Positions 9,607 to 17,717 of a stretch of DNA of 64,000 nucleotides are shown here, piece by piece. Numbering within the stretch: the stretch's first letter is position 1; each line of letters starts with the position of its first letter. A model generated the notes under the pieces. The model ran no database searches, was not told the DNA's origin, and worked only from the letters and a program-made list of their open reading frames with translations. The position numbers and the translations under genes are program-made. Origin of the DNA: Pseudomonadota bacterium (GTDB taxonomy: Bacteria; Pseudomonadota; Alphaproteobacteria; Caulobacterales; Parvularculaceae); contig JBMOOR010000157.1 of assembly GCA_049324555.1 (NCBI GenBank), positions 23,563-87,562 of the forward strand, given 5' to 3'.

Positions 9607-11155
9607 TGTTGCAAAAGTCGGTGATTTCGGCGGTTTCCTCTCGTCGAGGTGCGGCTTGGTCGAGTTTGGCGACCGGCGGTTCCAACGCCGGGCTGCCTTC
9701 GCTGGGTCTATGCGGCGGCCGTTGCGGGGCTTGGCGGGGCGACAAGCTTGGCGAGTTTTCTAAGGTTCTGAGCAGCCGCGGCGAGAGTGAATTCGTCGTG
9801 TGCGCCCGACGGCCCGCGCAGCCGCAGCCGATCGAGCTTCAAGATGCGCTTCAGGTGCGCGAACAGCATCTCGACCTTCTTCCGCTCGCGGCGCGATTGC
9901 TCGTAGTCCGGCCCAGCGTTGATCGCGCGGGCGACATCGCGCGCGGCTTCGTGGACGCTGCGTGTGACCTTGCGCATGGGTTGGCCGGGACAGCAGCGCT
10001 GCTTGAGCGGGCAAGCGCCGCAATCTGATTGCCGTGCGCGATAGCGTTTCTGGCCATCTTTGTTGACGCCGGATCGCGATGTTTCGTAGGCGCGCCGATA
10101 TTGCACCAGGGTTTTGCCGCCCGGGCATGTGTAGGCGTTGGCGTCGGCGTCAAACACAAAATCGGAGCGGCTGAAGGTCCCGTCGTCGCGCTCGCCTTTG
10201 TCCCACACCGGCACGTGTGGCGCGATGTTCTTCTCGTCGACCATCCAGGCCAGCATTTCCGCTGTCCCGTAAGCAGTGTCGCCGATCAGCCGCTTGGGCC
10301 TCATGCCGAAACGGTCCTCAACGCGATCGATCATCGCCTTCGTCGCCGCGACTTCCGCCGTGCGCAGCGCAGGCGTGGCCGCGACATCCATGATCACCGC
10401 GTGCTTCACATCGATCAAGTAATTCGTGCACCAGCCGAAGAAAGCTGGACGTCCCACTGCCGCTGTCAGCCGTGATGCGGGATCCGAGAGCGAAATCTCC
10501 TTCGGCGGCGCAGCTTCGCGATCAAGGCCGTCGAGATATTCGCGCACTGCGCGGCTGGGGCCGCCTCCGCCCGCACCGCCACTCCAATCGTGGTCGTCGC
10601 CGCCGTCGATGTGATTTTGGCGGTTGGCGTCAGCGCGAATGATGCTGGCATCCGTCGCGAAGCCTTCGCCGCCGACCAGACCCTTCTCGATGCAGGACCT
10701 GACCGTCGTCTCGAACACGTGGCGCAGAACCTCGGCGTCGCGAAAGCGGCCATGACGGGCTCTCGAGAACGCCGAATGGTCCGGGATTGCGTCTTCAAGG
10801 CCCAGTCGGCAAAACCAACGATAAGCCAGGTTGAGGCGGACCTCCTCACACAGGCGCCGTTCAGAGCGGATGCCGTAGCAATAGCCGATCAAGAGCATCC
10901 GGATCATCAGCTCGGGATCGATCGAAGGCCGCCCGGTGTGCGAATAGTAGGGCGCGAGCTGCGTCCTCAGACCGGAGAGATCGAGCACCGCGTCGATCCT
11001 GCGCAACAGATGATCGCCCGGAACCGCCTCATCCAGATTGAACTGATAGAAAAACTGGCCCTGCGCGCCGGCTTTCTCTCCCATCATCGTCGCCTCCCTC
11101 GCTCGCAGCACAAGGGAATCAGCGTTCGCCTAACAACGCATGGAGTTTTGCAACA
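9607..11155 (-). mobile_element. IS1182-family insertion sequence
   Basis: Terminal inverted repeats TGTTGCAAAAGTC (9607-9619) and GAGTTTTGCAACA (11143-11155) enclosing a transposase. Confidence 0.85.
9708..11087 (-). CDS. IS1182-family DDE transposase
   Basis: HLLRRID, GRPSIDPELMIRMLLIGYCYGIRSERRL, IPDHSAFSRARHGRF, DASII, GDTAYG, RKKVEMLFAHLK. Confidence 0.95.
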   Translation of the reverse strand: MMGEKAGAQGQFFYQFNLDEAVPGDHLLRRIDAVLDLSGLRTQLAPYYSHTGRPSIDPELMIRMLLIGYCYGIRSERRLCEEVRLNLAYRWFCRLGLEDAIPDHSAFSRARHGRFRDAEVLRHVFETTVRSCIEKGLVGGEGFATDASIIRADANRQNHIDGGDDHDWSGGAGGGGPSRAVREYLDGLDREAAPPKEISLSDPASRLTAAVGRPAFFGWCTNYLIDVKHAVIMDVAATPALRTAEVAATKAMIDRVEDRFGMRPKRLIGDTAYGTAEMLAWMVDEKNIAPHVPVWDKGERDDGTFSRSDFVFDADANAYTCPGGKTLVQYRRAYETSRSGVNKDGQKRYRARQSDCGACPLKQRCCPGQPMRKVTRSVHEAARDVARAINAGPDYEQSRRERKKVEMLFAHLKRILKLDRLRLRGPSGAHDEFTLAAAAQNLRKLAKLVAPPSPATAAA

Positions 11156-11263
11156 AAATTGGCGAGTTCCCGACTGGGACAGTAAGGGGCTCTGGCGTCC
11201 GCCTTAAAACTGTGACTGGCCGGCTGAATCCTTGGCCCACCATTGCTCTTCAGCAAATATATG

Positions 11264-11557
11264 TCCTGATCAGATCCTTTGCCCGGCCGCCGCTGGCGCT
11301 CTGGCCGCGCCGATCTTGCTAAGGGCTCCGCCCTCGCGCGGCGCAAGGGATCGCTGACGCTCGGCCGGGACGGTCTCCCCGACCTTCCGCGCGGATGCGT
11401 GCTGCGCACTGTCGTCATGCCTCCATCCGCTTGTGCAGGCCGGGTGATCCCCCTCCGTCCCGGCCGCCCTTGCACCTTGCTACCCCGGTCTCGCCGACGG
11501 GCAGGGCTGCAGCGCAGCGCTGCGCTGCAACCCAAGCCCATAGGAGAAAGACCAATG
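11264..11557 (+). repeat. ~290-bp structured leader repeat, copy 2 (ends at DUF932 ATG)
   Basis: Homologous to 4167-4458 except a ~28-nt central loop. Confidence 0.95.
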
Positions 11558-12745
11558 AACACCGTGACCCTGAACCCGCAGTCTGTTTCGTCCGGTTTCC
11601 GCGTGGATGTTTCGCGCGGACAGCGGATCGGCCGCGTTTCGTCGGAGTGGTTTTCGCGCCCAGATGACGAGCGCTTTCTGTCGCTCACGGAGCTTTACGA
11701 CACCGTGAAGGCGAGAGCGGAGCGCGCCACCGCCCGCACCGTGGAGAGCCGCGCCGTGCGCGTGGAGGCGAACAGGGAGGATGCGGAGCGGCTTTCGCTT
11801 ATCGTTCCCGGACAGGATGAGCCCATCGCGCCGACGCATTGGAGCTTCGGCCAGCTTTGCAGTCTTGTAGGAGCGCCCGCCAGCTATATGCGCCAGCTCC
11901 CCGCGCCACTCGCAGGCATCAATCTGCAGCATGGCTTGCTGTCGCACCGCGCCGAGCTTGTGAAGACCTTGGAGGCGGAAGACGGACGCATCGAGCTTCG
12001 CGCCGTGACCGGGCCGGACTATGGCCGCATTTGGGATCACGAGCTTGTCGCCGCCGTGATGCGGATCGCGGGGAACGGCATTGGCGATACGATGTGGAAG
12101 GTGCCGGGCGTGCTGGATTGGGCGACCATGACGCACAACCCCTTTATTGACGTGACCAAGGACACGACGACGCTTTATGCGAGCGACCGCGACGTGTTCC
12201 TGTTTCTCGTGGACGACACGCACCCCATCGAAGCCGGGCGGCTTCCGAACGGCGAGCCGGATTTGTATTTCCGGGGCTTCTATTGCTGGAATAGCGAAGT
12301 CGGTAGCAAGACCCTCGGCATCGCCTCTTTTTATCTCCGCGCGGTGTGCATGAACCGCAATCTTTGGGGCGTGGAAGGCTTCGAAGAAATCAGCATCCGG
12401 CACAGCAAGTTCGCCGCGCAACGCTTCGCCCATGAAGCGGCCCCCGCGCTGACCAGCTTTGCCAATTCGTCGCCCGCGCCTTTCGTGGCGGGGATCAGGG
12501 CGGCGCGGGAAAGGATCGTCGCCCGCACCGACGAGGACCGCGAAGGCTTCCTGCGCAAGCGCGGCTTCTCCAAGGCCGAGACGGCGAAGATCATCGAGAC
12601 CGTGTTGCAGGAGGATGGCCGTCCGCCGGAAAGCATCTTCGATTTCGCGCAAGGCATGACGGCGCATGCCCGCACCAAGGCGCATCAGGACACGCGCCTT
12701 GAACTGGAGGCGAAGGCGAAGACCTTGCTTGAGAAGGCCGCATAG
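11555..12745 (+). CDS. DUF932 domain protein (phage/plasmid-like)
   Basis: RVSSEWFSRPDDERFLSL, PTHWSFGQL, LRAVTGPDYGRIWD, LYASDRDVFLFLVD, NSEVGS; RBS AGGAGA; 396 aa. Confidence 0.85.
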   Translation: MNTVTLNPQSVSSGFRVDVSRGQRIGRVSSEWFSRPDDERFLSLTELYDTVKARAERATARTVESRAVRVEANREDAERLSLIVPGQDEPIAPTHWSFGQLCSLVGAPASYMRQLPAPLAGINLQHGLLSHRAELVKTLEAEDGRIELRAVTGPDYGRIWDHELVAAVMRIAGNGIGDTMWKVPGVLDWATMTHNPFIDVTKDTTTLYASDRDVFLFLVDDTHPIEAGRLPNGEPDLYFRGFYCWNSEVGSKTLGIASFYLRAVCMNRNLWGVEGFEEISIRHSKFAAQRFAHEAAPALTSFANSSPAPFVAGIRAARERIVARTDEDREGFLRKRGFSKAETAKIIETVLQEDGRPPESIFDFAQGMTAHARTKAHQDTRLELEAKAKTLLEKAA

Positions 12746-12750
12746 AGAGG

Positions 12751-12792
12751 AGCCGCGCAGCCGCAAATTCGGCTGAGCGGCTTTCGTTTCTT
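12751..12792 (+). terminator. Probable intrinsic terminator after DUF932
   Basis: AGCCGC-G-CAGCCG / CGGCTG-A-GCGGCT stem followed by TTCGTTTCTT. Confidence 0.6.
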
Positions 12793-13051
12793 GCAGCGCT
12801 CAAAATTTTTCGCCGATCCGGCTTTGCGGATCGGCGGCGGCCGCTCCTCCCTGCGGGCTGCCCGGCCGGCTCGCCGCGCACGCGCGGCTCGCCAAACAAC
12901 TTCGCCTATGGTAAGAAATTAGAAACCAAAATTGATCGCGTCGCACGATCAACATATCTCGCTATTGCGGCTTCAAACTCCACTGAGCATTGGCAAACTT
13001 CTCTATCCGGGCGCGCTTTGCGGCTGAGTCCCGGAAACGGGAGAAGACGCC

Positions 13052-13835
13052 ATGCAGAGTACGGATTGGCGTTCGTCCGCGGCCTATGAACATACAAGAA
13101 CGATCCCGGCCGCGGGCTTCGCTTGGGAATATCTCCGACGCGATGCGGACTATCATCGCGACTTTGACAAGATCAATCGCTTGAAAGCGCAAAGCGCGAG
13201 AGCGCTCGCCGCGTTTTCGGAGCGTTGGGGGTTACGATTTCCCGCGCGACCCGCAGCTCCCGCCAGATCGCCAATCGCTGTTTTGGATTCCAAGCCTACA
13301 GCCCGAGGCGATGTTGCTGACGCCCGCATCGTCGCCGGTCGAAGCGGCGTCATTGCCCCTGACGTTGCCGCGCCTGCGCAACCTCGATCTCAGGCAATCC
13401 GAAGACGGTTGGCACGCCATCTGGCAAGTCAACGGCGTCACACATCAGTTCTGGCTACTCGAGGCGCCGCCAGATGCAGACACCGCCTATGTCGTGACCT
13501 TGCCGCTTGACGCCTTGTTCGAGCTGCGCGTCCATTCCGCACGACGGTTCTGGCGAAACCTCAATGGCCGTTCGCCCGGCGCACCGTTTCGCGCGATGCC
13601 GGATCAGCTTCGGCAATTTCACACACTCTCTTTGCGGGCGCTTGATGCGCGTCTTGCCGGCGAAAGCTATCGCGGCATCGCTGAAGTGCTGCTCGGCTTT
13701 CATGGCGACAAGACCGATTGGGAAGGCGACCCTCGCAAGAACAAGGCCCGGCGCCTGGTCGCCGCCGGCCTGCACATGATGCACGGCGGCTATCGCGATC
13801 TGCTGCACTATCCCATCAAGCTGCGTCGCCGTTGA
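13052..13835 (+). CDS. fseA: FseA-like transcriptional activator (DUF6499-like N-part + DUF2285), produced by a +1 programmed ribosomal frameshift at 13238-13241; predicted 260 aa
   Basis: Frame 1 gives AWEYLRRD..Y...WGLRF with TGG GGG TTA CGA TTT CCC. The +1 frame is open from 13239 (FPRDPQLPPDRQSLFWIPSLQPEAMLL...) into the DUF2285 ORF 13311-13835 (LRALDARLAGESYRGIAEVL). Confidence 0.85.
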
Positions 13836-13862
13836 CCAGTTTCCCGCTTTGTAGAAGCAAGG

Positions 13863-13930
13863 GTGCCGCCAGCGCATAGGCGCAAATGCGGCACGCTACG
13901 CGCCGCCGATGCTTCGCCATGGTTCGCCAT
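13863..13930 (+). promoter_or_regulatory. Inverted and direct repeats upstream of rdfS (candidate FseA-responsive promoter)
   Basis: GTGCCGC-N18-GCGGCAC (13863-13894) and TTCGCCAT twice (13913-13920, 13923-13930). Confidence 0.55.
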
Positions 13931-13981
13931 AGCCCGCTGTCGCCACCGACAGCCGCACCCACGACGAACCAAAGGTGATCT

Positions 13982-14251
13982 ATGGCCGATCCGAAGGCGG
14001 ACCTGCCGCCGCGACTTCTGCGCACGCCTGATGCCGCGCGCTTTCTCGGAATCTCCATCCGCACGCTGGAGAAACACCGCACCTACGGCACCGGACCGAC
14101 CTATCGCAAGATCGGCGGCCGTGTCGTCTATGCCGTCGAAGACCTGCAAGCCTGGTCGGCAATCGGCGCGCGCAAATCCACCCGCGACACCAATGTCGGC
14201 CGCGTGTTCCCGGCGCGTCGTTTGACGCCGGACGAGCGCGGCGGACGCTGA
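13982..14251 (+). CDS. rdfS: RdfS/AlpA-like winged-HTH excisionase (recombination directionality factor)
   Basis: RLLRTPDAARFLGISIRTLEKHRTYGTGPTYRKIGGRVVYAVEDL; first gene of the traF-relaxase operon. Confidence 0.85.
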   Translation: MADPKADLPPRLLRTPDAARFLGISIRTLEKHRTYGTGPTYRKIGGRVVYAVEDLQAWSAIGARKSTRDTNVGRVFPARRLTPDERGGR

Positions 14252-14261
14252 GCGCCGCGCG

Positions 14262-15047
14262 ATGTTGACAGTCCTCACCGGCGACTGCCGCGACCTCATG
14301 CCGAAGCATGGCCCCTTCGACATGATCCTCGCCGACCCACCCTACGGCGACACGTCGCTGGCCTGGGATCGGCGTGTCGACGGCTGGCTGACACTGGCTC
14401 ACGACGCGCTGCGACCGACAGGCTCGCTTTGGGTGTTCGGCTCGCTGCGCAGTTTCATGGCGACCGCAGATCAGTTCGCCGGCGCTGGCTTCCGCTACGC
14501 GCAGGAGATCGTCTGGGAAAAGCAGAACGGCAGCAGCTTCCACGCCGACCGCTTCAAGCGGGTGCATGAGCTGGCCGTCCAGTTCTACCGTGCGGACGCG
14601 CGTTGGCGCGACATCTACAACGACGTTCAGACGATGCCGGACGCCACGCCGCGCACCGTGCGGCGCAAGCGCCGGCCGCCGCACACCGGCCACATCGAGG
14701 CCGGCCACTATGTCAGTCACGACGGCGGGCCGCGCCTCATGCGTTCCGTCATCCATCTGCGCAACTGTCACGGCCGCGCCATCCATCCGACCGAAAAGCC
14801 GACCGCGCTCCTCGAAATCCTGATCCGCACGAGCTGCCCCGAAGGCGGGCTCGTCGGCGACTGGTTCGCCGGATCGGGCGCCGCCGGCGAAGCTTGCCGG
14901 CTCGCCGGCCGCCGCTATCTCGGCTGCGAGATCGACGCGGACATGGCTGAACGCGCCCGCGCGCGGATCGCCGCCGTGCTCCCCTTCCGCGACGGAGGCG
15001 CCGCACAAGCACGCGAGCTCTCACCCAGCGAAGGAGACGTTCCATGA
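14262..15047 (+). CDS. Orphan N6A/N4C DNA methyltransferase (beta class)
   Basis: DPPY catalytic motif precedes HPTEKP and DWFAGSG SAM-binding motif. Confidence 0.9.
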   Translation: MLTVLTGDCRDLMPKHGPFDMILADPPYGDTSLAWDRRVDGWLTLAHDALRPTGSLWVFGSLRSFMATADQFAGAGFRYAQEIVWEKQNGSSFHADRFKRVHELAVQFYRADARWRDIYNDVQTMPDATPRTVRRKRRPPHTGHIEAGHYVSHDGGPRLMRSVIHLRNCHGRAIHPTEKPTALLEILIRTSCPEGGLVGDWFAGSGAAGEACRLAGRRYLGCEIDADMAERARARIAAVLPFRDGGAAQARELSPSEGDVP

Positions 15048-15562
15048 CCGGCAATGCGGCCCGCCGCATGCGCGGCCGTCCGCAGCCGGACGGTCCTGCA
15101 CCCTTCACCACGCTGGTCGAGCTGACCTGGCATCAGAAAAAGATCGAGAACTGGATCAGGTTCGGCCGCAAGAGCTACGAACGGATTCTCGACCGCCGTC
15201 GTAGCGTCGTCGGCTTCGCGCCCAACGCGATCTTCGCCTTCGTGCGTTGGGCGTCCAACGACTTCGGGACGATCAGCTCGCGCATCGATATCGTGCGTGC
15301 TGTCGGTCGCGGCGAACCATTCCAGACATTGCCGCTCGTACGGCCGGGCGGCGACATCCTGTTGCGCCTCGAGAGCTGGCCGAAGGTCAGCCAAGTGCTT
15401 CAGGCGATCGACGCAGTTGAAGCTCTCGGCCTCGATCCGGCGGACGTGGCGCCGGAGCACTGGCGGCACGTCCACAATCGTCTGACCGCCGGCCAGGAGC
15501 CGCGCGCCTACACGCCCGACCAGCACGCCGCCTGGCTCCAGCGCCGGAGGATCGCGCCATGA
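15044..15562 (+). CDS. DUF2840 protein
   Basis: LVELTW....IENWIRFG, FAFVRWASNDFGT..SRIDIVRAV. Confidence 0.85.
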   Translation: MTGNAARRMRGRPQPDGPAPFTTLVELTWHQKKIENWIRFGRKSYERILDRRRSVVGFAPNAIFAFVRWASNDFGTISSRIDIVRAVGRGEPFQTLPLVRPGGDILLRLESWPKVSQVLQAIDAVEALGLDPADVAPEHWRHVHNRLTAGQEPRAYTPDQHAAWLQRRRIAP

Positions 15563-16104
15563 GCCGCTTCGGCTATGTCATGGTGACGTATTTCGTGACG
15601 ATGGGCATGGCCATCGCCGCCTTCATCCCGACGCCCATCAGGCTGATCTGGAACGCCAGCGCGAGCGCGCCGATCGGCTTCTACACCATCGAGCCGGCGG
15701 AGCGCCTTCAGGCGCCGGACCTGGTCGCCGTCACGCCGCCCGAGGCGCTCGCCAGCTTCATCACGGAGCGCGGTTATGTCGGGCGCGGTGTGCCGATGTT
15801 GAAGCGCGTGCTCGGCCTGCCGGGACAGCGCGTGTGCCGTTCCGGGCTCACTATCGCCGTCGATGGAATCGAAGTCGGCGACGCGCTGGAGCGCGATCGT
15901 CTCGGCCGCGAGCTGCCTGCCTGGCGCGGCTGCCGCGTGATCGCCGATGGCGAAATCTTCCTCATGAACTGGCAGGTCCGCGACAGCCTCGACGGCCGTT
16001 ACTTCGGACCCATCCCCGCAAGTTCCGTCATCGGCCGGGCGATCCCGCTGTGGACCGATGAGGAAGGCGACGGCCGCTACCGCTGGCGCGCGCCGACGCA
16101 CTGA
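15559..16104 (+). CDS. traF: TraF-like S26 peptidase (pilin maturation)
   Basis: WNASASAPIGFY, LKRVLGLPGQ, SLDGRYFGP. Confidence 0.9.
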   Translation: MSRFGYVMVTYFVTMGMAIAAFIPTPIRLIWNASASAPIGFYTIEPAERLQAPDLVAVTPPEALASFITERGYVGRGVPMLKRVLGLPGQRVCRSGLTIAVDGIEVGDALERDRLGRELPAWRGCRVIADGEIFLMNWQVRDSLDGRYFGPIPASSVIGRAIPLWTDEEGDGRYRWRAPTH

Positions 16105-16140
16105 AACGTGCCTTCACCCCTCAACCACAGGAGATGTTCC

Positions 16141-16476
16141 ATGGCGCAGATCGGACAATTCACCCGCGAGAAATCCCGCTTCGTCGGTCGCATTCACACG
16201 CTGACTCTCTATCGCGACCTCACCATCGTTCCGGCCGAGCCGTCCGATGCCGAGAACGCGCCGGATTATCGCGTCTATCACGGCGACGAGAACGGCCCGG
16301 AGATCGGCGCCGGCTGGAAACGCACCGGCGAAAAGGCCGGCGAGTATGTCTCGCTCCAGCTCGACGACCCCAGTTTCGTGCAGCCGATCCGGGCCAACCT
16401 GTTCCAGTCGGACGACGACAAGGCTGCATGGTCGCTGCACTGGAATCGACCGCCCAAGCGCAGCGAACGGGACTGA
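16141..16476 (+). CDS. DUF736 family protein, copy 2
   Basis: MAQIGQFT...GRIHTLTL...APDYRVY...EIGAGWKR...YVSLQLDDPSF. Confidence 0.9.
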   Translation: MAQIGQFTREKSRFVGRIHTLTLYRDLTIVPAEPSDAENAPDYRVYHGDENGPEIGAGWKRTGEKAGEYVSLQLDDPSFVQPIRANLFQSDDDKAAWSLHWNRPPKRSERD

Positions 16477-16678
16477 AGCGATGCGCTATGCCGTCAAGAT
16501 CGCGCATAAACCCGCCATCCCTTTGTTCGCGGGAAAGCCGTCTCATCCCTTCGTCCCGCTCGGCGACCAGACGGCCGGCGCGCGCAGCGAAGGTCAAGGG
16601 CGGCGTTTCGCCGGCGCCCCGCGCGCACCCTTGACCGCAGCGAGCACGCTGGCAGGCTGGCGTCGTGGCGGAGACCGG

Positions 16679-17404
16679 ATGGTCTCCCGATATGCCGTTC
16701 TCTTGTTCGCCAGCGCGCTCCCGGTCGCCACGCTTGGGGGCGTGGCGACGGCGCAGCCAATTGCGGCCGAACGCATAGCCACGAGCAATCCATACGCTGA
16801 CCACATCGCCGAAGCTTCGCAACGCTTCGGCGTTCCGATTGCATGGATTATAGCCGTCATGCGCGCCGAGAGCGCGGGCGATGTGCAAGCAGTCTCGCGC
16901 AAGGGCGCGATGGGTTTGATGCAGTTGATGCCCGATACTTGGGCCGAACTGCGCGTCCGTCACGGCCTCGGTCGCGATGTCTATGATTCTCGCGACAACA
17001 TCCTCGCAGGCACGGCCTATCTGCGCGAGATGTTTGACCGCTACGGGAACATCGCTGCCATGCTCGCAGCCTACAATGCCGGTCCTGGCCGCTACGACGA
17101 ATACCTCTCGACGGATCGTCCGTTGCCGGCCGAGACACGTAACTATGTCGCGGCCATTCTTCCTCTGATCGGCGTTGGCGATAACGTCGAGCGCATCATA
17201 GTCGCGACCGCCGATCCCAATGCGTGGAGGCGCGCGCCGCTCTTTGTGGCGCGCTCGACTGACATACAATCTGCCGACTCCATGCAGTCCGATCAGCGCT
17301 CGACCAACATGCCGGCGACGCATCCGGTGCGTGATGTGTCAGCGATCGAGCCGCGATCCGACGGATTGTTCGTTGTCAGTGCAAGCGCGGGCGAACCGCA
17401 ATGA
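16679..17404 (+). CDS. Lytic transglycosylase (SLT)
   Basis: AVMRAESAG, GAMGLMQLMP, LAAYNAGPG, ETRNYV; N-terminal signal-like stretch. Confidence 0.9.
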   Translation: MVSRYAVLLFASALPVATLGGVATAQPIAAERIATSNPYADHIAEASQRFGVPIAWIIAVMRAESAGDVQAVSRKGAMGLMQLMPDTWAELRVRHGLGRDVYDSRDNILAGTAYLREMFDRYGNIAAMLAAYNAGPGRYDEYLSTDRPLPAETRNYVAAILPLIGVGDNVERIIVATADPNAWRRAPLFVARSTDIQSADSMQSDQRSTNMPATHPVRDVSAIEPRSDGLFVVSASAGEPQ

Positions 17405-17510
17405 AGACGGCGACCGGGCGCGACACGGCCACCGTTTCAGTGTGCAGGCGGATAGCGTGGACTCACGGACAGAAGCAGGCGGGAGGAGCAAAAAGGGCGG
17501 AAAGGCGTGA

Positions 17511-17551
17511 GGGCAAGATAAAACAAAGCGGCACCCTGTCGGGCCGCTTTG
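17511..17551 (-). promoter_or_regulatory. Candidate oriT: IR plus RP4-like nic site
   Basis: Minus strand TATCTTG^CCC (17520-17511) versus RP4 TATCCTG^CCC, preceded on that strand by the 9-bp IR CAAAGCGGC/GCCGCTTTG (17524-17551); lies just upstream of the relaxase. Confidence 0.6.
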
Positions 17552-17717
17552 GCAAATTGTTGTTGTCTGCACACTGGTTAGGGTCGCCTCGCACGGCACT
17601 CCATTTGCTGGCAGTGCGTGCCGTCCATTGGCTCAACCCGTTGGCTTCGCTGACTTCTCAACGGCACCATAGCTCAGAACGGTGCGTTTTCGCCCCATTG
17701 CCGCCAGGACGGCGCCC

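Noticed and set aside
4167-11557. Leader repeats as a CRISPR array or IS ends
   Set aside because: Only two copies 7 kb apart, direct orientation, no cas or adjacent cognate transposase
13052-13510. 152-aa ORF plus separate 174-aa ORF read as a frameshifted pseudogene
   Set aside because: The break falls exactly on the conserved WGxxF TTT-C programmed frameshift site
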